A stretch of 64,000 nt of DNA from a virus. Its lineage: Duplodnaviria > Heunggongvirae > Uroviricota > Caudoviricetes. The stretch lies in the IMG/VR virus record IMGVR_UViG_3300029858_000327; one strand, given 5' to 3'. How positions within the stretch are numbered: position 1 is the stretch's first letter; each line of letters begins with the position of its first letter. Both the position numbers and the translations under genes were made by a program. Under the pieces are notes generated by a model. The model was not told the DNA's origin. It searched no databases and saw nothing but the letters and a program-made list of their open reading frames with translations. Shown here piece after piece: positions 1 to 8,744 of the stretch.

Positions 1-366
1 ATGACAAAGATAGAAACAAAAGCTCAATACGATTGGGCAGTAAAAAGAGTTGAGGAATTACTTCCACTGGTTACAGATGAAACCCCTCTGGATAATCCTC
101 ACAGTATAGAGTTAGAATTACTTTCTAATCTCGTTGCAGATTATTCTGAGGAGCATTTCGCACTGGGAGAACCAACGCTGGTTGATGTCCTCAAACTTCG
201 TATGTATGAGATGGGACTTAATCAGAAATCTTTAGCAAAATTAATCGGAGTCAGTCCTTCACGCTTGAGTGATTATATTTCCGGTAAATGTGAACCGACC
301 TTGAAAGTAGCCCGCGAAATCAGCCAGAAATTGAATATTGACGCCAATATAGTACTGGGTGTTTAA
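1..366 (+). CDS. HTH (XRE-like) antitoxin-like DNA-binding protein, HigA-type architecture
   Basis: 121 aa. C-terminal HTH signature (QKSLAKLIGVSPSRLSDYISGK) with an N-terminal extension like HigA-family antitoxins. Followed by a hairpin terminator. The partner toxin, if any, would lie upstream of the window. Confidence 0.45.
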   Translation: MTKIETKAQYDWAVKRVEELLPLVTDETPLDNPHSIELELLSNLVADYSEEHFALGEPTLVDVLKLRMYEMGLNQKSLAKLIGVSPSRLSDYISGKCEPTLKVAREISQKLNIDANIVLGV

Positions 367-384
367 TATGAGTATAGAAAACAG

Positions 385-424
385 AAAAACCGCTTAATTC
401 ACCATGGAATAAGCGGTTTTAAGT
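385..424 (+). terminator. rho-independent terminator
   Basis: Inverted repeat AACCGCTTA...TAAGCGGTT followed by a T-run directly after the stop of the 1..366 ORF. Confidence 0.5.
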
Positions 425-475
425 CGGAGCCGAAAGCGGGACTCGAACCCGCGACTTACTCATTACGAATGATTA
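424..475 (-). other. partial tRNA 3' end (T-arm plus acceptor 3' strand only), candidate prophage att core
   Basis: The minus strand reads ...GCGGGTTCGAGTCCCGCTTTCGGCTCC, a canonical T-stem/TTCGAGT loop plus acceptor 3' strand. No matching 5' acceptor, D-arm or anticodon arm is found. That pattern is typical of the duplicated tRNA 3' segment at a prophage junction. Confidence 0.4.
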
Positions 476-559
476 TCTAAGAATAATATAAAATCACTGT
501 GTATCAGTTGTTTATGATTAAATTTAAGCTAAATAAGGATACTCATTAGAACATTTTTT

Positions 560-898
560 CTACTTGAATGCCTTCCCTATCCTGTCACCGGATACCCAGC
601 CATCGCCGAACTGGCAGTTCTTGATGTCTACAATATAGACTCCTTTTATCTCCAGTCCTTTACCTTGTGCTTCTTCCAGGTATGTACGTGCATAAGCATC
701 AAAGTTTGCTCCAGAATAAGCGTCTACGGCAAGGATGAGAAAGTTTGCGTCGGTCAGTTCGCCTTTGTAGATTCCTATATCGGCATCCACGAGACTTTGG
801 ACGTATCTGTCAGCTTTATCCTTCTGTTCCTGGGACGGCTTGTTCCCTCCGCAGCCAAACAATGATATTGCCAGTATAGTCAATAATATTTTTCTCAT
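560..898 (-). CDS. small lipoprotein (signal peptide plus lipobox Cys)
   Basis: N-terminus MRKILLTILAISLFGCGG is hydrophobic and ends in a lipobox-like LFGC. 112 aa. Confidence 0.45.
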   Translation of the reverse strand: MRKILLTILAISLFGCGGNKPSQEQKDKADRYVQSLVDADIGIYKGELTDANFLILAVDAYSGANFDAYARTYLEEAQGKGLEIKGVYIVDIKNCQFGDGWVSGDRIGKAFK

Positions 899-912
899 AA
901 CACAGAATTTTA

Positions 913-1569
913 TTAATGGCCGATTAAATACATTTCATTTGTTATATAGTCTTCAAAAACTGTAATGATATAACTGCAGTATGTATTAATATCATTATAA
1001 ATGCATTCTATTTCACTGATTGTATATCGTCCTCCTATAACAGAGGCCAATTCTCTTCCATGTGCTATTGCATTTCGATTATCAGCTAAAGCTGCAAGTC
1101 GTCCTTTAATTTTTACATCTGTAACGACATCATGAGTAATCCCAAAAGTATTCCAGATGGACTCTAATTGACTATATTTTATATTGCCAATACTTGTAGG
1201 AAACAAACAATCTTCAATGTTTGCTATTTTAGTTCCTCCAAGCTGAGAAAATAATTCATATCTTTTAGTCCATTTTTTATCCCTTGCATCCATTATAGCG
1301 TTACATTCTTTGTGAAATATAAGCGAATATAATGTTGGTTTCAATGCATGTATGTCATATTGTCTTTTATTTAAGATACTAATACATCTTTGCACAACTG
1401 CAGTAATCGTATATTCTAAAGCCCCATATAATAACACAAAGAATGCACCTTTATGTACCTTAGAATCTAAATTTAATGACCGCATCAAATCTTCATTTTT
1501 AATTAATAGTACTAAAGATTTGGCTTCTGTTAATCTTCTAGTTGATTCAGCATTAATGTCACTAAACAT
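913..1569 (-). CDS. HEPN-like domain protein (Rx4HG motif), candidate defence RNase
   Basis: 218 aa. C-terminal DNRNAIAHGRE fits the HEPN Rx4-6H(G) signature. Overlaps and is co-oriented with the DUF262 gene downstream. Confidence 0.45.
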   Translation of the reverse strand: MFSDINAESTRRLTEAKSLVLLIKNEDLMRSLNLDSKVHKGAFFVLLYGALEYTITAVVQRCISILNKRQYDIHALKPTLYSLIFHKECNAIMDARDKKWTKRYELFSQLGGTKIANIEDCLFPTSIGNIKYSQLESIWNTFGITHDVVTDVKIKGRLAALADNRNAIAHGRELASVIGGRYTISEIECIYNDINTYCSYIITVFEDYITNEMYLIGH

Positions 1570-2623
1570 TCTCTTCTAAAAATTTATTTTTGCAGTATTC
1601 TATTCTAGAATTGACACGGTTCTTTGTATTGGTAGCCCCCGTTATAAGATTATTAAAATCTCTATTCATCACCCATTGATAAAAACCATCAAGATTAATC
1701 TGATCTTGTTCTTTGATAGCTTCTGCAGCACCAACACTAACAGCTTCAAATAATATAATAGAGGTAACAGAACGAGTTCTTGTTTTTACTATTCCGTGAT
1801 CTAACCGTGCTAACTCCTCAAAAGTTCTACAGAAAATTCTTTCATTATTATTATAATCAAAATTTCTGCTTGCACTTTCCATATAATCATTTAAAAATCC
1901 AACAACGCTATGTTCAAACTTATCTCTACCATTAAGATAAGCAAAAAACCTTAATATCAACTCTTCTTTTGTTCCATCATTTTCAGAAGATTTTGATAGC
2001 TTTATTACAGAATTAAAAGATGGATTTTCAGAAAGGGCTTTAATAAAATCATTGAACCTTCCACGATAAATACAACTTCTGATTTCCTGGTCTGATAATT
2101 TAATTCCTCCTGTATTTAATCTTTCAAACAAATCAAATCTTACAGATTTATCACTTTTATCACTTAATGTCGTAATTTTTATGGGTTTCAACAAGAAGTC
2201 AATCTGGAGAGATCGAGGTAAATCGGGGAATCTTAAACCATTAAAACTTTCCAATTTTTTTAATTCACATAAAGTAAGCGGAATATCCCGATTGATTTTG
2301 GCCCTTGCAGCAGAAATTGCATCTGCAGCGAAGTTAATGATAGAACTAAGTCTCTGCACCCCGTCAATTACCTCCCAAGTCCCATCATTATTTGTTGCCA
2401 TAAACAATGAGGGAACAGGAATACCTAAAAAAATAGACTCAATCAGTGCAGATTGTCTAGAATCATCCCATCTAAATTGCCTTTGGTATTCTGGTGCAAT
2501 ATCTATAATATTGTCATTGACCATAGATATTAATTCTTTTACACTCATATCATAAGAATTAAAATCTACTTTTCGCTTTTGGTCATTTAGTTCTGCAGTA
2601 ATATTTACCATATATAAATTCAT
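1562..2623 (-). CDS. DUF262 / ParB-like (GmrSD N-terminal type) nuclease-NTPase domain protein
   Basis: 353 aa. The VIDGVQRLSSI motif matches the DGQQR signature of DUF262. Confidence 0.55.
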   Translation of the reverse strand: MNLYMVNITAELNDQKRKVDFNSYDMSVKELISMVNDNIIDIAPEYQRQFRWDDSRQSALIESIFLGIPVPSLFMATNNDGTWEVIDGVQRLSSIINFAADAISAARAKINRDIPLTLCELKKLESFNGLRFPDLPRSLQIDFLLKPIKITTLSDKSDKSVRFDLFERLNTGGIKLSDQEIRSCIYRGRFNDFIKALSENPSFNSVIKLSKSSENDGTKEELILRFFAYLNGRDKFEHSVVGFLNDYMESASRNFDYNNNERIFCRTFEELARLDHGIVKTRTRSVTSIILFEAVSVGAAEAIKEQDQINLDGFYQWVMNRDFNNLITGATNTKNRVNSRIEYCKNKFLEENV

Positions 2624-2632
2624 ATAAATTAT

Positions 2633-3271
2633 TTATAATCTTTTCATACAGCCAAGAACTTGATATATATGTTCTATCATATTCTTAGGAAGTTCCTGAA
2701 TACCATATTCCGGAGATTTATTTGTAGGAACCAGCGTATAGCATTTCGGATCGGTTGAAGGGCCTAATCTCTTGATTGTTCGCATTCCGTTGGTTGTCAC
2801 TATTGCATACACTTCACCTAATGGAAGAAAAGACTTATCTTCTATTTTCTTTAACGCAATAATATCTCCATGAGTTATCTCAGGTTCCATTGAATGGCCT
2901 GTAACATTACACCAGCAAGTAGCTTCATTGTATTTCTTGAAATCTATCAAGTATTCAGGTTTTGCAGTCTGGTCATTTAAGACAATATCAAACCCTCCTA
3001 TAAAATCCACATTATAATAAGGTACACCTTCAGTAAAACTCTTTTTAGGAACTGAATCAAGACCATTTAATAACATACTGCCTTCACCTGTGAGCAGCCA
3101 ATTTGTGTTTAGTTCTGGATACGATTTAGATATTTTATCTATTGTACTTCTTCTTGTATTATTACCCATTTTTGAAACAGCACCATTGCTGAGACTACAC
3201 TGAAGCTCAAAAGACTGCACAGATAGACCTTTATATTCAATAAATTCAATTAATCTGCCCTTTAAATCCAT
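2633..3271 (-). CDS. CI/LexA-like phage repressor (N-terminal HTH plus C-terminal S24 peptidase)
   Basis: 212 aa. The C-terminal domain has the S24 catalytic context GHSMEP (Ser) and IKRL (Lys). Divergently oriented to the rightward early operon. Confidence 0.75.
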   Translation of the reverse strand: MDLKGRLIEFIEYKGLSVQSFELQCSLSNGAVSKMGNNTRRSTIDKISKSYPELNTNWLLTGEGSMLLNGLDSVPKKSFTEGVPYYNVDFIGGFDIVLNDQTAKPEYLIDFKKYNEATCWCNVTGHSMEPEITHGDIIALKKIEDKSFLPLGEVYAIVTTNGMRTIKRLGPSTDPKCYTLVPTNKSPEYGIQELPKNMIEHIYQVLGCMKRL

Positions 3272-3408
3272 ATTTCGCGTTAATTAGAGTTAATATCTAA
3301 ATATAATTAGATTTACAGATTGCAATATTAGATATTATATCTATATTTGCATATCGAAACTTAGGTACGAAACAAATATAGTAAAAAACAACTAACCCTC
3401 ACACGATT
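3272..3408. promoter_or_regulatory. divergent early promoter/operator region with near-palindromic repeats
   Basis: AT-rich 137 bp between the repressor and the first rightward gene. Contains ATCTAAATATAATTAGAT and TAGATATTATATCTA near-palindromes. Ends with the CACGATTATG start motif. Confidence 0.4.
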
Positions 3409-3729
3409 ATGAAAAAGAATTTATTACACGAGATTATGAGCCTTGCATGGCAGTTGGTAAAGAGAAACGGTTTCTCTATGAGTGAAGCAATGAAATGCGC
3501 CTGGGCAAACATGAAGCTGAAAGCTGCAATGAAGCAAAGAATCGTAAAGTTCTACTTCAAAAAGGTAGATGGTTCTGTTCGTGAAGCCTACGGCACGCTG
3601 AAAGAAAATCTGATACCAGCCACATCAGGTGAAAGCAGAAAGAAGAATGACACAGTAGCAATATACTTTGATACCGAAAAACAATCTTGGCGATCATTTA
3701 AAAAAGCCAACTTATTGAACATAGCATAA
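3409..3729 (+). CDS. hypothetical early protein (paralog of 44504..44830)
   Basis: 106 aa. Clear similarity to the 44504 ORF (LL.EIMSLAW...NG.SMSEA.KCAW.N.KL.A......V.FYFKK.DG..R.A.GTL). Both sit just downstream of a divergent regulator. Confidence 0.5.
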   Translation: MKKNLLHEIMSLAWQLVKRNGFSMSEAMKCAWANMKLKAAMKQRIVKFYFKKVDGSVREAYGTLKENLIPATSGESRKKNDTVAIYFDTEKQSWRSFKKANLLNIA

Positions 3730-4226
3730 TGGATATAAAAAGAATAGTTCTCGAATCAAACAATGAAGAAGAGACAGATTATTTCGTCTCTTCTGATGGT
3801 AGAATATTCAAAGAAATTACACCATCAAAAAATGGAAATGGCTATGCCATGGTAACGATATATAAGAATGGAATTGGCTATACAAAGAGTGTCCACCGGA
3901 TTGTGGCAAAAGCATTTCTTCAAAAGGTAAAAGGAAAAGAGTATATCAATCATATCAATGGCGATAAAATGGATAATAGATTAGAAAATCTTGAATGGTG
4001 TACACCACACGAAAATACAGAACATTATCACAAGACGCTGAGAAATGGCAAACCAATGTACAATCAAAAAGCATGTTTGCAGATTATAGATGGTGAAGTT
4101 ATAGCAGAATATAAGAGCTTGAATGAAGCCTCACGAAGAACAGGTGTAAGTGTTTCAAACATCTATTGCTGCTGTATCGGAAAAACGACAACGGCTGGTG
4201 GCTATCAATGGAAATATAAAATTTGA
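3729..4226 (+). CDS. HNH homing endonuclease (NUMOD4/HNH_3-like)
   Basis: HRIVAKAF...INHINGDKMDNRLENLEWCTPHENTEHY is the HNH_3 motif. Confidence 0.7.
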   Translation: MDIKRIVLESNNEEETDYFVSSDGRIFKEITPSKNGNGYAMVTIYKNGIGYTKSVHRIVAKAFLQKVKGKEYINHINGDKMDNRLENLEWCTPHENTEHYHKTLRNGKPMYNQKACLQIIDGEVIAEYKSLNEASRRTGVSVSNIYCCCIGKTTTAGGYQWKYKI

Positions 4227-4244
4227 CAACCTTTTAAACATCGC

Positions 4245-4499
4245 ATGACTATGACACGCCACGAAATCGAAGAAGAACTTGACGGGCTGAACAAAGACCT
4301 GAATTTCGCCTACAACGCAGATGAAGAAACTTTACGCAGGGCTTTCAATGCTGACAGCAAGCAAGAATACATCAAAGCACTTACTGAAGAGGTGGACAAA
4401 TACGAAGCTCTTCTTGAAGAATACAACCTGCCTGAAGATGATGGCATGGACTACATTAACCTTCAGTTATCACAAGGCATGGCAGTGACGCACTGGTAA
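4245..4499 (+). CDS. hypothetical acidic protein
   Basis: 84 aa ORF in the operon. No recognisable motif. Confidence 0.35.
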   Translation: MTMTRHEIEEELDGLNKDLNFAYNADEETLRRAFNADSKQEYIKALTEEVDKYEALLEEYNLPEDDGMDYINLQLSQGMAVTHW

Positions 4500-5162
4500 C
4501 TCACCTACCCTGCTGACGGACTGAACGGCAACCGATAGCGAGAATCGGGCAGGGTTCTACTTGATTGGTTCTTTGACATGATGGAAATTTAGGCTTACCG
4601 TTAAGCCTGACGTGAAACGGACGACTGAGTAGCGATAACGGCTGTGTGAAAAGAGTATGAGTAAAGGGCTGCACTAAGCAAACGCAGCATACGAATCACA
4701 CAGATAACAAAAAGACACTTATACGATTGCAGGTGGCCGTAGGCCGGCTACAAAGACAATCTTCACTGATTAGACACCAGCATGAACTATATATACCCGT
4801 GGCTTACCAGACCTTTGATAAGCAGTAAGGCAACCACCGGAACGCCCACGGGAACGATATTTAATACACACGGTTATGAAAATACAACTTTTTCTCTGTG
4901 CATTGTCCGTTCTGGTAATGCACTTCAATCAGGATTTGAATCCGGTCTATTGGATTGGATTTTCAGGGTTTGTAATAACTGGCTTCTGGGCCGCTTATAA
5001 AATGGATAAGGATGGAAGAGCTTCAAAAGGTAATAAAGAGCATCTGCGATGAATTTGCGGACATCAGTGCCATTCTGGCGGCACGCTCAAGGGAACTGGA
5101 CAGACGGGAGCTGTTCGACAAGGAGATAGAAACCGAAATCAAGAACATTAAAAAGAATAGAC

Positions 5163-5351
5163 ATGAAAACAAATGAGGAATTACAGGGTATGACGCATGA
5201 TGAACTCGTGGCATACACACAGAATCTGCAACGCGAATCAGAGGAATACAAAAAATCAATGCTGTATTATATGGAAGAAAAGAAAAAGATTGAATCGAAG
5301 TTTGACAACTTCAAGAACATGGTCAAATCGCTGGTTGTCTTAGTCGATTAG
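5163..5351 (+). CDS. hypothetical small coiled-coil protein
   Basis: 62 aa, charged and helical. Confidence 0.3.
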   Translation: MKTNEELQGMTHDELVAYTQNLQRESEEYKKSMLYYMEEKKKIESKFDNFKNMVKSLVVLVD

Positions 5352-5409
5352 TTTTTATGGGTTATAGAAAATGGGTAGATGCCGGGCTATGAAAGTCCGG
5401 CATTTTTAT

Positions 5410-5485
5410 TGGCAGATAGTTCAGGCGGTAGAACACCATGTAAGGGTTAGCATGGAAGTCACGGGTTCAAGTCCCGTTCTGCCAG
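5410..5485 (+). tRNA. tRNA-like gene with enlarged anticodon loop
   Basis: Acceptor TGGCAGA/TCTGCCA. D-arm GTTC-AGGCGGTA-GAAC. T-arm ACGGG-TTCAAGT-CCCGT. The anticodon stem CCATG/CATGG encloses a 10-nt loop (TAAGGGTTAG), or an 8-nt loop if a G-U pair extends the stem. Identity is undetermined. Confidence 0.5.
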
Positions 5486-5507
5486 CAAACAATCAAATAC
5501 TTAAACT

Positions 5508-5750
5508 ATGGTTAGAGAAATTACAGTAGACGAAAACTACCAGACAGTACGTCTTTTTGATGAAATGAAGAAAGGGGACATCTACAAGGTTCCCTATGAC
5601 AAGAAACGGCATACCGGAATCAAACTGGAAGCATCACGCCGCAATCGTGACCTCCGCTTGATCGGGACACTTAAAAACAAAATGGACGTGAAATACCGGG
5701 TATCAGCAACAGAGTATCCGGGTTTTTCGGCAATTATCTGCTTAAAATAA
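5508..5750 (+). CDS. hypothetical protein
   Basis: 80 aa ORF. Confidence 0.35.
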   Translation: MVREITVDENYQTVRLFDEMKKGDIYKVPYDKKRHTGIKLEASRRNRDLRLIGTLKNKMDVKYRVSATEYPGFSAIICLK

Positions 5751-5751
5751 A

Positions 5752-5964
5752 ATGCTTATGATAAACGAAGATGTATTGAAAATCGTCTTAAACAACAAGT
5801 CTTTCGGGAAATACGAAGCAGCTTCGATAGTAGGCGGTCTCAAAAGGCTGAAAGAGTTGTGCGAATCCGGAAGAATAAGATACAAGACCAAAGAAGGCGT
5901 GCCACACAGCAGATGGGCTTGTAATGCCTGGGACGTGATAAAACATGCAAAATTGATGTATTAA
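5752..5964 (+). CDS. hypothetical protein
   Basis: 70 aa ORF, tightly packed with its neighbours. Confidence 0.35.
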   Translation: MLMINEDVLKIVLNNKSFGKYEAASIVGGLKRLKELCESGRIRYKTKEGVPHSRWACNAWDVIKHAKLMY

Positions 5965-5989
5965 TATATTACTTTAAAACTATTGCGTT

Positions 5990-6925
5990 ATGAGTTTGAT
6001 TAAGAAATCCAATGAATTAGTAATTCCTTCCACCGTTAAGATGATGATTTACGGTCAGGCAGGTATGGGTAAGACAACAGTAGCATTGAGCGCACCGAAA
6101 CCGCTGCTGCTCGACTTTGACAATGGTGTGAAACGTGTGAATATGGCACATCTGGACGGTATAGACATCGTACAGGTAAGTTCATGGCAGGATGTACAAC
6201 AGGTATTGCAGGAAGACCTTTCGGCCTATCAGACAATAGTTGTGGACACCATCGGAAAGATGATGGATTTCATCATTTCTTACAAATGCGGTACACGACA
6301 GCCGCAAATCAAGGACTGGGGAGGTATCAACGCTGAGTTCTCATGGATGACACGAACCCTTTCATCACTTAACAAGAACGTAGTGTTTGTGGCCCACCGT
6401 GACACTCGGAAAGAAGGTGACGACACCGTGTTCATACCTGCTTTAAGAGAAAAATCGTACAACTCTATTGTTACGGAACTTGATTTGCTGGGGTATCTGG
6501 AAATGCGCAATGAGAACGGTGTGCAGAAGCGTACAATCACATTTGACCCCACATCAAGAAATGACGGGAAAAACACCTGCAATTTGCCGGGACTGATGCA
6601 GGTGCCTACAATTCTTGACAAGAATGGAAATCCCACTGCCAAGAACGACTTTATCACTGCAAAGGTAATTATGCCCTACCTGAGCATGTTGCAGGTAAAG
6701 AAAGAAGAAGCTGCAAGGTATGATAAGGTCATAGCTGAAATCAAAGAGAACATCGAACTTATTACTGATGCCAGTTCTGCAAATGAGTTTGCGTCAAGAA
6801 TTAATGAGTTTGAGCATGTAGGCAGTTCCTTGAATATGGCCAGAAATCTGTTTTCAGCAAAAGTAAAAGCTCTCGGGCTGGTATTCGATAAAGAGACAAA
6901 GACTTATGCAGACAAAGCAGCCTAA
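5990..6925 (+). CDS. Sak4-like / AAA_24 RecA-fold ATPase (phage recombination protein)
   Basis: Walker A YGQAGMGKTT and a Walker B-like IVVDTIG. Size and layout are typical of phage Sak4 / AAA_24 proteins. Confidence 0.6.
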   Translation: MSLIKKSNELVIPSTVKMMIYGQAGMGKTTVALSAPKPLLLDFDNGVKRVNMAHLDGIDIVQVSSWQDVQQVLQEDLSAYQTIVVDTIGKMMDFIISYKCGTRQPQIKDWGGINAEFSWMTRTLSSLNKNVVFVAHRDTRKEGDDTVFIPALREKSYNSIVTELDLLGYLEMRNENGVQKRTITFDPTSRNDGKNTCNLPGLMQVPTILDKNGNPTAKNDFITAKVIMPYLSMLQVKKEEAARYDKVIAEIKENIELITDASSANEFASRINEFEHVGSSLNMARNLFSAKVKALGLVFDKETKTYADKAA

Positions 6926-7673
6926 ATTCAAGTTCTATGCTACACTTTTGGATGCCTTTACAAGCTATCTGAAAAGTGATGCCATCTGGGAAAGGTATTG
7001 GGGATTCAGTGAGAATCCCCCACATACCCCCGAAGAGTTCAGACAGCAGCAGTTTCAGAGCCTGATTGACACTATAAACCGTGTCCCGTTTGATAGTGAA
7101 GCAGCCGACAAGGGAACGGCTTTCAATGAGGTAGTCGACTGTATGGTTGAAAACAGGAAATCAGACAAGGTACAGGTGGAAAGACTATTGTCAGACATGC
7201 AGGATGGCAGACAGACATTGGTCGGGCTGAGAGCCACCTATAAATGCCGTCAGTTCGATTTCCCTATCTCAATCTGCCGTGAGTTTGCAGACTATTACAA
7301 AGGGGCCTTGACCCAGCAACGGGTTGAAGCAGTTTTGCCAACATGCTTCGGAGGAGTTCTTCTATATGGTTATATAGATGAACTGATGCCGATGTCAGTA
7401 CATGACATCAAGACTACCGGAAGTTACTATGTAGGTAAGTTCAAAGACCACTGGCAGCACATGGTTTATCCATACTGTCTGATGCAGAACGGAAGTGATG
7501 TAAGGTCATTTGAGTATAATGTTACGGACTTCAAATCAACCTATACTGAAAGCTACACTTTCGTACCGGCACGGGATATACCTATCCTTATAAATCATTG
7601 TGAGGACTTTATCCGGTTCTTGAATGACAACAGAGATTTGATAACCGATAAGAAAATTTTTGCAGAAGACTAG
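6906..7673 (+). CDS. PD-(D/E)XK nuclease superfamily protein
   Basis: GYIDEL...VHDIKT fits the D...(D/E)xK core. Lies between the Sak4-like ATPase and SSB. Confidence 0.45.
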   Translation: MQTKQPKFKFYATLLDAFTSYLKSDAIWERYWGFSENPPHTPEEFRQQQFQSLIDTINRVPFDSEAADKGTAFNEVVDCMVENRKSDKVQVERLLSDMQDGRQTLVGLRATYKCRQFDFPISICREFADYYKGALTQQRVEAVLPTCFGGVLLYGYIDELMPMSVHDIKTTGSYYVGKFKDHWQHMVYPYCLMQNGSDVRSFEYNVTDFKSTYTESYTFVPARDIPILINHCEDFIRFLNDNRDLITDKKIFAED

Positions 7674-7843
7674 ATAAATGGATGAAATTGAATACAATGG
7701 AAGGATTTATGAGCTTAGAGGTGAACAAAATGGACTTCTGACCTATCTTACTAGAGATTGTGCCTACGCATTGATAACAAATGAACGGCGAAAAATTCTG
7801 ATGGATATTAGAGTTAATTCGTCAAATCTTCTATCTATATATT

Positions 7844-8290
7844 ATGCCTAATCAAATAACCGGACGGCTGGTCTATATTGGCCAGCCCCAAGAAATCCCA
7901 TCCAAAAGCGGTGGCAACCCGTTTGTGAAACGTGAATTTATTCTTGATGCCACAACCTATGACCCCTATACAGGTGAACGAAGCCAGTACGAGAACGTCC
8001 TGCCACTTGAAGTAAGTGGTGACAAATGTGCCGAACTTGACCAGTTCAGAACCGGTGATGTAATAACGGTTTCCTTTTCCCTGCAAGGTCGGGAATGGAC
8101 AAATCAGGACGGACAACTAAAACGCATGGTGTCCATCCGCTGCTATAAACTGGAAGGCCGTCAGCCAATGCACCAGCCAGCATCCGTGCCAGCACAGCAA
8201 CCGGCACCGACACAAACGCCAACCATGGCACAGGCGTTTCCACCTGATGTAGATGCGAATGGAAATCCCAAAGATGACTTACCGTTCTAG
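7844..8290 (+). CDS. ssb: single-stranded DNA-binding protein
   Basis: OB-fold-like N-terminus, Gln/Pro-rich linker, acidic C-terminal tail ending DDLPF. Confidence 0.7.
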   Translation: MPNQITGRLVYIGQPQEIPSKSGGNPFVKREFILDATTYDPYTGERSQYENVLPLEVSGDKCAELDQFRTGDVITVSFSLQGREWTNQDGQLKRMVSIRCYKLEGRQPMHQPASVPAQQPAPTQTPTMAQAFPPDVDANGNPKDDLPF

Positions 8291-8293
8291 CCT

Positions 8294-8734
8294 ATGAGCA
8301 TATTCAATCTGAAGAATGAATACGATATACCCAAGTTCAAGGCTTATGTAAACAAGCTGTTCCAGGAGCATGCAGTTGTGGAAGTGAGAAAGAAGCTCCC
8401 TAACCGCACGCTATCCCAGAACAGCTATTTGCATCTGCTTTTAGGGTATTTCGGCAGTGAGTACGGTTGCAGCCTTGATGAAGCAAAGATAGACTTCTAC
8501 AAAAGGACTTGCAACCGTGATTTGTTTGAGAGAAAGACGGTCAACAAGAAAGGCAAGGAAGTAACCTATCTGCGAAGTTCTGCAGAACTGACAACAGGTG
8601 AAATGACTTTGAGCATTGACCGCTTTCGTAACTGGAGCGCATCTGTGGCCGGTATTTACTTACCAAGTAGTTCTGAACGTGATTTTTTAATCCATATCCA
8701 ACAGGCAATAGAAAATAATAAAGAATTTTTATAA
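8294..8734 (+). CDS. NinB/Orf-like recombination mediator (putative)
   Basis: RTLSQNSYLHLLLG resembles the lambda NinB RSLDQN...LG core. Sits in the recombination module. Confidence 0.4.
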   Translation: MSIFNLKNEYDIPKFKAYVNKLFQEHAVVEVRKKLPNRTLSQNSYLHLLLGYFGSEYGCSLDEAKIDFYKRTCNRDLFERKTVNKKGKEVTYLRSSAELTTGEMTLSIDRFRNWSASVAGIYLPSSSERDFLIHIQQAIENNKEFL

Positions 8735-8744
8735 AACTATTCTT

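Noticed and set aside
4500-4780. Retron msr/msd ncRNA
   Set aside because: No reverse transcriptase gene anywhere in the window. Structured RNA is kept only as a generic candidate.
4782-5259. ORFs 4782-5000 (plus) and 5023-5259 (minus)
   Set aside because: They lie in GC-rich structured non-coding DNA or antisense to a plausible small gene. Odd composition, no start context.
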